Positions 1-9,024 of a DNA stretch of 64,000 nt are shown here, in pieces. The position numbers and the translations under genes were made by a program. Origin of the DNA: an uncultured Solirubrobacteraceae bacterium (GTDB taxonomy: Bacteria; Actinomycetota; Thermoleophilia; Solirubrobacterales; Solirubrobacteraceae); contig CAWEJY010000010.1 of the NCBI GenBank assembly GCA_963809525.1, positions 90,180 to 154,179 of the forward strand, given 5' to 3'. Every line of letters begins with the position of its first letter. The first letter of the stretch is position 1. The notes beneath the pieces are model-generated. The model saw nothing but the letters and a program-made list of their open reading frames with translations, was not told where the DNA came from and made no database searches.

Positions 1-2
1 AG

Positions 3-572
3 ACCCTCCTCGGCGCCGCGCGCACGCACGCCGCGCAGGTCGTCAAGCAGCCCGACGTCCTGATGCTCCACGCCCTCGTCCCCGACGAGGTGGCCGCGGG
101 CTCGCTGGAGCCGAACCTGAACTTCTACGAGCCCCGCACGGCGCACGGGAGCACGCTCTCGCCCGGCGTGCACGCAGCGCTGCTCGCGCGTGCCGGCCGG
201 CTCACCGAGGCGCTCGAGCTGCTGCGCCTGACCGCGCGCATCGACCTGGACGACATCGGGCAGATGGCCGCGGGCGGGCTGCACCTCGCGGCGATGGGCA
301 GCCTCTGGCGCGCGCTCGCCGTCGGCTTCGGCGGCCTGCGACCCGGCGATGGCGCGCTCGTCGTCGATCCGATCCCCGTGCCGGGCATCGACGCGCTGGA
401 TCTGCGCATCCGCTTCCGCGGCAGCAGGGTCCGCCTGCGCGTCTCACCGGACGGCGCGACCGTCAGCGCCGACCCGCCGATCACCATCCGGGCACCGGGC
501 GCCGAGGCCGTGGAGGTCGGCCCCGGCGGCCGGGCCGTCGACCTGTCACCGAGCTCCGAGGGGGCGACCTGA
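3..572 (+). CDS. Glycoside hydrolase family 65-type phosphorylase (kojibiose/trehalose/maltose phosphorylase-like), C-terminal part; 5' end outside window
   Basis: Frame is open from the window edge to TGA 570-572. The peptide NFYEPRTAHGSTLSPGVHA...AAGGLHLAAMGSLW resembles the catalytic/C-terminal region of GH65 enzymes. Strong GC3. Confidence 0.6.
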   Translation, partial: TLLGAARTHAAQVVKQPDVLMLHALVPDEVAAGSLEPNLNFYEPRTAHGSTLSPGVHAALLARAGRLTEALELLRLTARIDLDDIGQMAAGGLHLAAMGSLWRALAVGFGGLRPGDGALVVDPIPVPGIDALDLRIRFRGSRVRLRVSPDGATVSADPPITIRAPGAEAVEVGPGGRAVDLSPSSEGAT

Positions 573-573
573 G

Positions 574-1329
574 ATGCACCGCGTGCTTGCCGCCATCGAC
601 GCGTCCCCCTGCGCCGGCGAGGTCCTCGACACCGCCCGGTCGGTCGCGGACTTCTTCGACAGCGCGGTCACCGCCCTCCACGTGCGCGAGGACGGCCGCG
701 AGCTCGTCCTTGCGGCGGCGCACGAGGCCGGCATCGACCTGCGCGAGACCGATGGCTCGCCGATCGACGAGATCGTCGCCGCGGCGCTGGAGCCCGACGT
801 CGTCGCCATCGTCGTCGGCGCCCGCGGGGTGCACGCCGGACCCCGGCCGGCGGGGCGCACGGCACTCGATGTCATCACGCGCGTGAACAAGCCCGTCGCC
901 GTCGTCCCGCCCGACGGCACAGGCCGGCGGCGGATCGCGCGCGTGCTCGTGCCGCTGGAGGGGAGCCTCGAGAGCTCGCGGGCCGTCGCCGAGACGATCG
1001 CACGCGCCGGCCGCCGGGACCTCGAGATCCTCGTGCTCCACGTCCATGGCCCGGACACCGTGCCGGCGTTCGAGGATCAGCCCCAGCACGCGGTCCGCGC
1101 CTGGGCGGACGAGTTCGCCGCGCGCTTCGTCGAGGTGCCCTATGCCGACGTCGAGGTCATCCGGCAGGTGGGCGTCGCGGGCGAGCAGATCGTCGCCGTG
1201 GCGGACGAGGTCGAGGCCGACCTCATCGCCCTCGGCTGGAGCCAGGACCTCGCACCCGGGCGTGCGCGGAGCATCCGCGAAGCCCTCGCGCGCAGCGCTG
1301 TTCCCGTGCTGCTCGTCCCGGCGGGGTGA
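574..1329 (+). CDS. Universal stress protein, tandem USP domains
   Basis: ATG 574 lies 1 nt after the upstream stop. Two USP-like halves are present (VLAAIDAS... and ARVLVPLEGS...ILVLHV...VPVLLVP). Confidence 0.75.
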   Translation: MHRVLAAIDASPCAGEVLDTARSVADFFDSAVTALHVREDGRELVLAAAHEAGIDLRETDGSPIDEIVAAALEPDVVAIVVGARGVHAGPRPAGRTALDVITRVNKPVAVVPPDGTGRRRIARVLVPLEGSLESSRAVAETIARAGRRDLEILVLHVHGPDTVPAFEDQPQHAVRAWADEFAARFVEVPYADVEVIRQVGVAGEQIVAVADEVEADLIALGWSQDLAPGRARSIREALARSAVPVLLVPAG

Positions 1330-1338
1330 CCGGGTCGC

Positions 1339-1656
1339 TCAGGAACGCGTGATGAAGTGGATCCCCTCGAGCCCCTCGAGCGAGAAGCCCGAGGCGGGAC
1401 CGGGCGCGACGTCCAGGACGAAGGTCGGGTGGTTCCAGCGCGCGTCCTGGTCGGCATCGATGTAGACGGGCATCCCGCCGACCTCGCCGAGCAGCGTGTC
1501 GCCCGGGCCCGTGATGAGCTCGCCCTCCTGCAGGCAGAGGGGCGAGCTTCCATCACAGCAGCCGCCGGACTGGAAGAGCATCAGCCCTCCGTGCTTGGCC
1601 GACAGGCGCTCGATCGCCTCGAGCGCCTTGTCGGTGGCGGTGATCCGGTCGGCCAT
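1339..1656 (-). CDS. DUF779 domain protein
   Basis: 105-aa ORF with the SGGCCDGS motif. It lies immediately downstream of an aldehyde dehydrogenase, the usual DUF779 context. Confidence 0.75.
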   Translation of the reverse strand: MADRITATDKALEAIERLSAKHGGLMLFQSGGCCDGSSPLCLQEGELITGPGDTLLGEVGGMPVYIDADQDARWNHPTFVLDVAPGPASGFSLEGLEGIHFITRS

Positions 1657-1671
1657 TCCGTCCGCTCCGGA

Positions 1672-3204
1672 TCAGAAGAAGCCGAGCGGCTTGGGGTCGT
1701 AGCTGACCAGCAGGCACTTCGTCTGGCTGTAGTGGTCGAGCATCATCTGGTGGTTCTCACGGCCGACGCCGGAGACCTTGTAGCCGCCGAACGCGGCGTG
1801 CGCCGGGTAGAGGTGGTAGCAGTTGGTCCACACGCGCCCGGCCTTGATCGCGCGGCCCATCCGGTAGGCGCGGCTCGTGTCCCGCGTCCAGACACCCGCC
1901 CCGAGGCCGTACATCGTGTCGTTGGCGATCGCGAGGGCATCCGCGTCGTCCTTGAACGTCGTCACGGCGAGCACCGGGCCGAAGATCTCCTCCTGGAAGA
2001 TCCGCATCCCGTTGTCGCCCTTGAAGACGGTCGGCTGGAAGTAGTAGCCGCCGTCGAGGTCGCCGCCGAGGTGCGACGCGCTGCCGCCGGTCAGCAGCTC
2101 CGCGCCCTCGGACAGGCCGATCTCGCAGTAGCCGGTGATCTTCTCCATCTGCGCGGTCGACACCTGGGCGCCGAGCATCGTCGCGGGGTCGAGCGGGTGC
2201 CCCTGGCGGATCTTGGCGATGCGCGCCAGGCAGCGCTCCATGAACGCGTCGTAGATCGACTCGTGGATCAGCGCGCGCGACGGGCAGGTGCAGACCTCGC
2301 CCTTGTTGAACGCGTAGAGCACGAGCCCCTCGACCGCCTTGTCGAGGAAGTCGTCGTCCTCCGCCATCACGTCGGCGAAGAAGATGTTCGGCGACTTGCC
2401 GCCGAGCTCCGTCGTCGAGGGGATGATGTTCTGGGCGGCGTACTGCATGATCAGCCGGCCGGTGGCCGTCTCGCCGGTGAACGCGATCTTCCCGATCCGC
2501 TTGTTCGTCGCGAGCGCCTTGCCGATCTCCGCTCCCGGGCCGTTGACGACGTTCACGACGCCCGGCGGCAGGATGTCCGCGATCAGCTCGCAGAACTTCA
2601 GGATCGACCACGGCGTCGGGCTCGCCGGCTTGATCACCGTGCAGTTGCCGGCCGCCAGCGCCGGCGCCATCTTCCACGCGGCCATCAGCAGCGGGAAGTT
2701 GAACGGGATGATCTGCCCGACGACGCCGATCGGCTCGCGGAAGTGGTAGGCGATGGTGTCCTTGTCGATCTCCGAGATCCGGCCCTCCTCGCCGCGGATC
2801 ACCGAGGCGAAGTAGCGGAAGTGATCGGCCGCGAGCGGGACGTCGGCCGCGCGCGTCTCACGGATCGGCTTGCCGTTGTCGTAGCTCTCGGCGATCGCCA
2901 GGGTCTCGAGGTTCTGCTCGATCGCATCGGCGACGAGGTTGAGGATCCGCGAGCGCTCGGTGGTCGAGCTCTCCCCCCAGGCGTCCTTCGCGGCGTGCGC
3001 GGCGTCGAGCGCGAGCTCGATGTCCGCCGGGCCGGAGTACGGAACCTGCGTGAACGGCCGGCCCGTCGAGGGCGTCAGATCGTCGTGGTACTCGCCGGTG
3101 GTCGGCGGAACCCAGTCACCGCCGATGAAGTTCTCGTAGCGCGGCTTGATGCCGGCGCTCGCCGGGTCGACGATCGCCGCCGGCGTCTGCTCGATGGTTG
3201 CCAT
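1672..3204 (-). CDS. NAD(P)+-dependent aldehyde dehydrogenase
   Basis: Start set at ATG 3204 (MATIEQT), preceded by an aggagagg RBS. ALDH motifs [15 protein letters not shown] and the catalytic Cys context EVCTCPSR are present. Confidence 0.9.
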   Translation of the reverse strand: MATIEQTPAAIVDPASAGIKPRYENFIGGDWVPPTTGEYHDDLTPSTGRPFTQVPYSGPADIELALDAAHAAKDAWGESSTTERSRILNLVADAIEQNLETLAIAESYDNGKPIRETRAADVPLAADHFRYFASVIRGEEGRISEIDKDTIAYHFREPIGVVGQIIPFNFPLLMAAWKMAPALAAGNCTVIKPASPTPWSILKFCELIADILPPGVVNVVNGPGAEIGKALATNKRIGKIAFTGETATGRLIMQYAAQNIIPSTTELGGKSPNIFFADVMAEDDDFLDKAVEGLVLYAFNKGEVCTCPSRALIHESIYDAFMERCLARIAKIRQGHPLDPATMLGAQVSTAQMEKITGYCEIGLSEGAELLTGGSASHLGGDLDGGYYFQPTVFKGDNGMRIFQEEIFGPVLAVTTFKDDADALAIANDTMYGLGAGVWTRDTSRAYRMGRAIKAGRVWTNCYHLYPAHAAFGGYKVSGVGRENHQMMLDHYSQTKCLLVSYDPKPLGFF

Positions 3205-3401
3205 GCTCGTTCCTCTCCTGTTCTGGGACTTGCCCGGGACTGCTGGAGTTCGAAGGCGATCCATGCCTCGACCTCGCCTCGGTCGTCGGACCATGGAGAT
3301 CACCACCGCGCAGCGCCGTGATCATCGGTAGCGCGGCACAGGGGGGTGTGGCGAACTACGCACTCCACGGCCACCCGGCGCCGGGCGCCTACGCTGCGCG
3401 C

Positions 3402-4514
3402 ATGGCCCCTCCACGGCGATTGGACCCGGCGGTCTTCGGGCTGCCCGTCGAGCGGCTGCGCGACGGGTACTACTCCGACGCCTACTTCAACCACGCCAAG
3501 GCCCTGCTCGAGGCCGAGGACCGCCACCCGCAGGTCCTCGTCCAGATCTTCCAGAAGCACGAGTCGATCCTCGGCGGCATCGACGAGGCGATCGCGATCC
3601 TGCGGCTGGCATCCGGGAGTCGGCGCACGGACGGGGAGTGGGCGCCCGGATGGGACGAGCTCGAGGTCCGCGCGTTGAGCGAGGGCGACGCGATCGCCCC
3701 GCATGAGACCGTGCTCACGATCCGCGGGGACTACGGCCTCTTCGCCCACCTGGAGACGGTGTACCTCGGCTGCCTGGCGCGGCGCTCGCTCGTCATGCGC
3801 AACGTCCGCACCGTCGTCGCGGCGGCGGGCGGCAAGCCGATCCTGTTCTTCCCGGCGCGGCACGACCACTGGCTCGTGCAGTCCGGCGACGGGTGGGCCG
3901 CGCACGTCGCAGGGGCGATCGGCGTCTCGACCGATGCGCAGGCCTCCTGGTGGGGCGGGCGCGGCGTCGGCACCGTGCCGCACAGCCTGATCGCGGCGTA
4001 CGGCGGCGACACGGTCGGCGCGGCGCGGGCGTTCGCGAGCCGCTATGCCGCGGAGATGAACGTCACCGTCCTGGCCGACTTCGAGAACGACAGCGCGCGC
4101 ACGTCGATCGAGGTCGCCGAGGCGCTCGGGCCGCGGCTGTGGGGAGTGCGGCTGGACACGGCCGAGACGCTCGTCGACGAAGGCCTGCGCCGGGCGCTGG
4201 GCGAGAGGGCGCAGGCCGGGGTCAGCGTGGCGCTGGCCCGCCACGTCCGTGACGCGCTCGACGCCGCCGGCCACCCCCACGTGCGGATCGTCGTCTCCGG
4301 CGGCTTCGACGCCGCGCGGATCGCCGCCTTCGAGGCGCAGGAGGCGCCCGTCGACGCCTACGGCGTCGGCTCCTCGCTGCTCGCGGGCGCCAACGACTTC
4401 ACCGCCGACGTCGTCGAGGTCGACGGCCGGCCGTGCGCGAAGGCCGGTCGCGGGCTCCGTCCCGGCGAGCGCCTCCTGCGCGTCGATGAAGCCGGCCCGC
4501 GCACCCCGCGCTGA
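3402..4514 (+). CDS. Nicotinate phosphoribosyltransferase family protein
   Basis: Start set at ATG 3402 (MAPPRRL). The YYSDAYFNH, ...VRLDT... and ...VVSGGF... segments resemble the type II PRTase (NAPRTase/QPRTase) fold. Confidence 0.6.
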   Translation: MAPPRRLDPAVFGLPVERLRDGYYSDAYFNHAKALLEAEDRHPQVLVQIFQKHESILGGIDEAIAILRLASGSRRTDGEWAPGWDELEVRALSEGDAIAPHETVLTIRGDYGLFAHLETVYLGCLARRSLVMRNVRTVVAAAGGKPILFFPARHDHWLVQSGDGWAAHVAGAIGVSTDAQASWWGGRGVGTVPHSLIAAYGGDTVGAARAFASRYAAEMNVTVLADFENDSARTSIEVAEALGPRLWGVRLDTAETLVDEGLRRALGERAQAGVSVALARHVRDALDAAGHPHVRIVVSGGFDAARIAAFEAQEAPVDAYGVGSSLLAGANDFTADVVEVDGRPCAKAGRGLRPGERLLRVDEAGPRTPR

Positions 4515-4582
4515 CCGACGGCGCACGGACGCTCGGGCCGGCTGCCGCGGGCACTGGAGAAGGACCACTAGGCTCATCCGCC

Positions 4583-5557
4583 GTGCCCGCGACCGACGAC
4601 GACCGCGCGATCCTCGTCGAGGATCTCGTGCGCACCTACCCAGGCGGCCTGCGCGCGGTCGACGGCGTGAGCCTCGAGGTGGCGCCCGGCGAGATCTACG
4701 GGTTCCTGGGGCCCAACGGCGCCGGGAAGTCCACGACGGTGCGCATCCTCACCACGCTGCTGCGTCCGACGAGCGGCCGCGCCTGGGTGGCCGGGCATGA
4801 CGTCGTCGGGGAGGCCGGCGCAGCCCGCCGCGTGATCGGCGTGGCGCTGCAGGAGGCGGCGCTCGATCCGCTGATGACCGGGCGCGAGCTGCTGCGCCTG
4901 CAGGGTGCCCTGCACGGCCTGCGCCGCGCGCAGGCGAGCGCGCGCGGCGAGGACCTGCTCGCGCGCGTCGAGCTCGTCGACGCCGCCGACCGGCGTGTCG
5001 GCACCTACTCGGGCGGCATGCGCCGGCGCCTGGACCTCGCCCTGGCGCTCGTGCAGCGCCCGCGCGTGCTGTTCCTGGACGAGCCGACGACCGGCCTTGA
5101 CCCCGCGAGCCGCGCTGCGCTGTGGCGCGAGGTGCGCTCGCTGAACGCCGAGGGGACGACCGTCTTCCTGACGACGCAGTACCTCGAGGAGGCCGAGCAG
5201 CTCGCCGAGCGCGTCGGCATCATCGACCACGGGCGCATCGTCGCCGAGGGGACGCCGGACGAGCTCAAGGCGCGCGTTGGCGAGCCGGCGCTGCATGTCG
5301 ACCTCGTGAACCCCGCGGAAGCCGACCGGGCGCGCGAGCTGCTCGCCGCCCACGGCGAGTGCTCGCACCGCCGCGACGGGGGTCTGATCGTGCGCATGAG
5401 CGGCGCGCGCGCGATCGCTCCCGTCGTCCGCACGCTCGACGAGGCGGGGATCGAGGTCGACACCGTCGAAGTCGAGGCGCCGACGCTGGACGACGTGTTC
5501 CTCGCAGTGACGGGGCACACCGCCACCGACGAGCCCGAGCCGAGCCTCGTCGCGTGA
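4583..5557 (+). CDS. ABC transporter ATP-binding protein (DrrA / ABC-2 exporter type)
   Basis: GTG start. Walker A GPNGAGKST, signature YSGGMRRRLDLA, Walker B VLFLDEPTTGLD. Confidence 0.9.
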   Translation: MPATDDDRAILVEDLVRTYPGGLRAVDGVSLEVAPGEIYGFLGPNGAGKSTTVRILTTLLRPTSGRAWVAGHDVVGEAGAARRVIGVALQEAALDPLMTGRELLRLQGALHGLRRAQASARGEDLLARVELVDAADRRVGTYSGGMRRRLDLALALVQRPRVLFLDEPTTGLDPASRAALWREVRSLNAEGTTVFLTTQYLEEAEQLAERVGIIDHGRIVAEGTPDELKARVGEPALHVDLVNPAEADRARELLAAHGECSHRRDGGLIVRMSGARAIAPVVRTLDEAGIEVDTVEVEAPTLDDVFLAVTGHTATDEPEPSLVA

Positions 5558-6357
5558 GCACGACGACGCTGGACCGCGACGCCGCGGTGCAGGCGCGCGT
5601 GGTCGCCGCATTGGCGGCGCGCGCGCTGCGCTCGCAGCTGCGCCGGGCGCAGTTCCTGCTCCCGGCCTTCGTGCTGCCACTGCTGCTGCTCGCGGTGATC
5701 GCCAGCGGGACGTCGTCAGCGCGACACCTGCCGGGCTTCCCCACGACCGGTTCCTACGTCGGCTTCGTCGTCGCCGGGACCCTGCTGCAGGGCGCGCTGC
5801 TCGCCGGGCTGACGGCCGGGATCGCGCTCGCGGCGGACATCGAGGGCGGCTTCTTCGACCGCCTGCTGACGGCGCCGGTGCAGCGCGTGAGCATCGTGCT
5901 CGGGCGCGTCGCGGGCTCGATCCTGCTCGGCGCCGTCCAGGCGTCGTGGTTCCTCGCCGTCGCGTCCGTGTTCGGCGCGCGCTACCAGGGCGGCGTGGCC
6001 GGCGTGGCCACGGCCATCCTGATCGCGGCGATCGCCGCCGGCGGCATGGCCGGCCTGGCCTCGGCGATCGCGCTGCGCACCGGGTCCCTCTCGCTGCTGC
6101 AGAACCTCTTCCCGATCGTCTTCGTGTTCCTCTTCACCGCACCCGCCTACTTCCCGCGCGCGTTCCTCAACGGGACGCTGCGCCACGTCGCGGTGTTCAA
6201 CCCGCTGACCTATGTCGTCGAGGGCATCCGCGGGGCGCTCCACGACGCCGTCGCCCTCGGCAGCCCGTGGCACGGCGTGCTCTCGGCGACCGGGCTGCTG
6301 CTCGCGACGACGGGGCTCTCGGTCCTGGCGATGCGCAGGAGGCTGAAGGCGCTGTGA
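5554..6357 (+). CDS. ABC-2 type transporter permease
   Basis: GTG 5554 overlaps the upstream stop (GTGA). Polytopic hydrophobic product. High GC3 only in this part of the long 5122-6357 ORF. Confidence 0.8.
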   Translation: MSTTTLDRDAAVQARVVAALAARALRSQLRRAQFLLPAFVLPLLLLAVIASGTSSARHLPGFPTTGSYVGFVVAGTLLQGALLAGLTAGIALAADIEGGFFDRLLTAPVQRVSIVLGRVAGSILLGAVQASWFLAVASVFGARYQGGVAGVATAILIAAIAAGGMAGLASAIALRTGSLSLLQNLFPIVFVFLFTAPAYFPRAFLNGTLRHVAVFNPLTYVVEGIRGALHDAVALGSPWHGVLSATGLLLATTGLSVLAMRRRLKAL

Positions 6358-7136
6358 GCAGCCTCGCCTATGCCGCCGGGCTCAGCGCCGCGATGTGGCG
6401 CCGTTCGCTCAACGAGGTCGTCCGCGTGCGCGGCGCGCTGCTGCCGACGACGGTCGCCCCGATCATCTTCCTCCTCGGCACCGCCGGGCAGTTCGGGCGC
6501 CTCAGCGACCTGCACGGCTTCCCGACGACCTCCTACCTGGCCTGGATCCTGCCGCTCTCGTGCATGCAGGGCGCCGGCTTCGCCGGCGGCGCCGCGGGCG
6601 CGAACCTCGCGCGCGACATCGAGCAGGGCTGGTTCGACCGCCTCCTGACCTCGCCGGCGCCGCGCGCGCTGCTGCTGGCCGGGCCCGTGCTCGCCGCGAT
6701 GACGCGGGCGCTGGTGCCGACGACGGTGATCCTCGCCGTCGGCCTGCTGATGGGCGCGGGCCTGACGGGCGGCCTCGCCGGCCTGCTCGCGCTCTATGTC
6801 GCGGCGGTCTGGTTCTGCATGATCGCCTCGCTCTGGGGCTCGACGCTCGCGCTGCGCGCGCGCACGCAGCAGGTTGGCCCGCTGATCCAGAACGGCGTCT
6901 TCCTCGCCGTCTTCCTCTCGACCGCCTACACGCCGCTGCCGCTGCTCCAGGGTTGGCTCGCCGTCTTCGCGAAGTACAACCCGGTCACCTACGTGCTGCT
7001 GATGGCGCGCCAGGCGACCGTCGAGGGCATCCCCCCGAGCTGGGCCCACACGTGGCCCGGCCTGCTCGCGCTGGCGGGCATGAGCGCACTGTTCGGCGCG
7101 CTCGCGCTGCGCCAGCTGCGGCGCGTGAACCTGTAG
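6354..7136 (+). CDS. ABC-2 type transporter permease (second subunit)
   Basis: GTG 6354 overlaps the upstream stop (GTGA). Polytopic hydrophobic product paralogous in style to the preceding permease. Confidence 0.8.
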   Translation: MSSLAYAAGLSAAMWRRSLNEVVRVRGALLPTTVAPIIFLLGTAGQFGRLSDLHGFPTTSYLAWILPLSCMQGAGFAGGAAGANLARDIEQGWFDRLLTSPAPRALLLAGPVLAAMTRALVPTTVILAVGLLMGAGLTGGLAGLLALYVAAVWFCMIASLWGSTLALRARTQQVGPLIQNGVFLAVFLSTAYTPLPLLQGWLAVFAKYNPVTYVLLMARQATVEGIPPSWAHTWPGLLALAGMSALFGALALRQLRRVNL

Positions 7137-7365
7137 TGCGCCGGTGACCGTTGTGTTGAGGTGCGCGTCGGGCGTCGCGGAGGATCTGGCGGCACGATCT
7201 ACGGGACGATCGTCACGCTCGCCGTGATCGTCGCAGGCTCAAGCCCGAAGAACGTACTGAGGTCCGATCGCTCGCCAAGCGAGAGGCGGCCACCCCGCTC
7301 GCCGCCGTGTTCATCCACCACCCGCTGCGGACGAGCCGGCGCGCGGCGTGGATGCGGAGGGGTCC

Positions 7366-7392
7366 GGCGGTCCGCCCGGCGGGCGGACCGCC
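7366..7392. terminator. Perfect 12-bp stem / 3-nt loop hairpin between convergent genes (possible bidirectional terminator)
   Basis: ggcggtccgccc-ggc-gggcggaccgcc. No U-tract, which is common in high-GC actinobacteria. Confidence 0.45.
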
Positions 7393-7446
7393 GCCTCCGC
7401 CGTCGATGCCGGGCGCCGGCCGAGCACCGGCGCCCGCGAACCACGC

Positions 7447-8373
7447 CTACTGAATGCCGGCGTACGGGTCGGCGTACTGCTGGTCGGGTGCGGTCTGATC
7501 GGGTTGCGTCTGGTCGGGGGCGACCTGCTGACCCTGGTCAGGCGCCGCCTGGTCGGGCGTCGTCATGCCCTGCGACAGCGAGCCGCTCGCGGCCTCGCTG
7601 ATGAACGACTTGACGGTGTTCGACGGGATCGAGAACCCGATGCCGACGCTCCCGCCCTCGCCGGAGCCGCCCGAGGCGGCGGCGCTCGAGACGATCTGCG
7701 AGTTCACGCCGATGACCTCGCCCTTGTCGTTGAGCAGCGGCCCGCCGGAGTTGCCGGGGTTGATCGCCGCGTCGGTCTGGATCACGTCGGAGATGGTGGT
7801 GCCGTCGGGCGACTGGATCTCGCGGTGCAGCGCCGAGACGACGCCGGTCGTGAGCGTGTGGTCCAGCCCGTACGGATTGCCGATCGCGTAGGTCGGGTCG
7901 CCGACGCCTACGGCGTCCGAATCGCCGAGCTTCAAGGCCTTCATGCCCGAGCCGTCGACCTTCAGCAGCGCGAGGTCGCGCGAGGCGTCGGTGCCGACGA
8001 GCTGGGCGGCCTGCGTCTGACCGCCGGTGCCGAGCTTGACCGTGATCTGCTGGGCGCCGTCGACGACGTGCGCGTTCGTGACGATCAGGCCGTCCGCGGA
8101 GACGACGAACCCCGTCCCGGTCGCCTGGCCCTGGATCGACGTGGAGCTGATGTAGGCGACGGAGTCGGCCGCGCCGTCGTAGACGCGCTTGGCGGTCGAC
8201 TGGTCGTCGGCGACGAGCTTGGGCCTGGAGGCCGTGGACAGCGGGGCCGCCGCGCGGGCGGCGTGTGCGGGGGCGTTCGTGCCCTGGGACGCGTGTGCGA
8301 GGGCCGCCCCGCCGACGGCGGAGGTGGCCACGAGCGCAACGGTCGCGATGGTTCTTGAAGTTCTCATCGCCAC
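7447..8373 (-). CDS. Secreted trypsin-like serine protease (S1C/HtrA-type protease domain, no PDZ) with C-terminal PDQ repeat tail
   Basis: Signal-peptide-like N-terminus. Triad contexts TNAHVV, DLALLK, GNSGGPL. GTG 8373 or ATG 8367 as start. Confidence 0.85.
   Translation of the reverse strand: MAMRTSRTIATVALVATSAVGGAALAHASQGTNAPAHAARAAAPLSTASRPKLVADDQSTAKRVYDGAADSVAYISSTSIQGQATGTGFVVSADGLIVTNAHVVDGAQQITVKLGTGGQTQAAQLVGTDASRDLALLKVDGSGMKALKLGDSDAVGVGDPTYAIGNPYGLDHTLTTGVVSALHREIQSPDGTTISDVIQTDAAINPGNSGGPLLNDKGEVIGVNSQIVSSAAASGGSGEGGSVGIGFSIPSNTVKSFISEAASGSLSQGMTTPDQAAPDQGQQVAPDQTQPDQTAPDQQYADPYAGIQ
7480..7563 (-). repeat. Imperfect 15-bp tandem repeat (5 units plus one 9-bp insert) encoding xxPDQ pentapeptides
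   Basis: ctggtcgggtgcggt / ctgatcgggttgcgt / ctggtcgggggcgac / (ctgctgacc) / ctggtcaggcgccgc / ctggtcgggcgtcgt. Translates on the minus strand to TTPDQ AAPDQ GQQVAPDQ TQPDQ TAPDQ. Confidence 0.9.
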
Positions 8374-8442
8374 CAGGCTGGAAGTCCGGCCTGCGCCGGG
8401 TGTAAGGAAACACCCAACGTTTTCTAAAGACGCGTCCTCCGC

Positions 8443-8990
8443 TCAGCGCGGGCGATCGACGTCGGCGAACGCCGGCGCGAGCCGCGCGAACGTCTCGTCG
8501 ACGACCGCGCGGACGCGGCGCTCGACGGTGCGCGCACCGGCGCGTTCGAGCATCGCGGACGACAGCTCGCGCTTGCGCACGCCCATCGCCGCGATCAGCA
8601 GCGCGGCGAGCGCGACGACCGCGGGGTCGGCGGCCGGCCGGTCGAGCTCCTGCGCCAGCGCGCCCCCCAGGACCTCGATCCACGACTCCGCGATGATCAG
8701 GGCGCGGGCTCGCAGCGCCGGCGAGGCCTGCTCGGCCGCGATGAAGGACCGGAAGCGCTCGTAGTGCACGGCATCGCGCAGGTTCCGCCAGCCCGCGCCG
8801 GCGAACGGCACCGAGTTGTCGGCACAGCGAGCAGTCGTCGCGTGCAGCCGCGGCGATCACGGTCGTCGCGTCGGCGGGTCGCGCGGCGAGGTGGTCGCGC
8901 GCGCAGGCCGGGGTCGGGATGAGGGCGCGTCGCGCCTTCTTGCTCCCGCAGCGCGCGGTCGAGCTCCGACAATGTGTGCAGAAGTTTACT
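8443..8990 (-). pseudogene. TetR-family regulator (acyl-CoA-ligand type C-terminal domain), apparently frameshifted/decayed in the HTH region
   Basis: 8443-8811 encodes a TetR-like C-terminal domain (YERFRSFIAAEQASPALRARALIIAESW...). The expected N-terminal HTH (SKKARRALI...ADATTVIAAAA...) is readable only in another frame at about 8830-8990 and looks shortened. The GC3 signal switches frame near 8811-8830, and an in-frame stop sits at 8857-8859. Confidence 0.4.
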
Positions 8991-9024
8991 CTCTCTTCCG
9001 TCCAGTGTGCTTAGGTGCCGGACT

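Noticed and set aside
1628-1650. Exact TTGTCGGTG (the PafBC/RecA-NDp upstream half-site) at 1628-1636.
   Set aside because: It lies inside the DUF779 coding region on the non-coding strand. Eight nt downstream is ccggtc rather than a TAnnnT -10 box. It is most likely a chance match in GC-rich DNA.
1357-3321. 654-aa plus-strand ORF covering the aldehyde dehydrogenase locus. The same issue applies to similar giant ORFs at 17114-18772(-), 39348-42767(+), 50634-53426(-) and 58740-62081(-).
   Set aside because: They are antisense or out-of-frame to genes with clear family motifs. Their products are Arg/Ala/Pro/Gly-rich low-complexity strings, and their third positions lack the GC3 bias seen in the real frames. 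These are typical high-GC shadow ORFs.
8386-8425. Hairpins ccggc-ctgc-gccgg and gggtgt-aaggaa-acaccc followed by ttttct, resembling an intrinsic terminator.
   Set aside because: The T-tract follows the stem only on the plus strand, where no upstream plus-strand gene ends; both flanking genes are on the minus strand. It may just be AT-richer promoter/5'-UTR DNA of the protease gene, so it is not annotated as a terminator.
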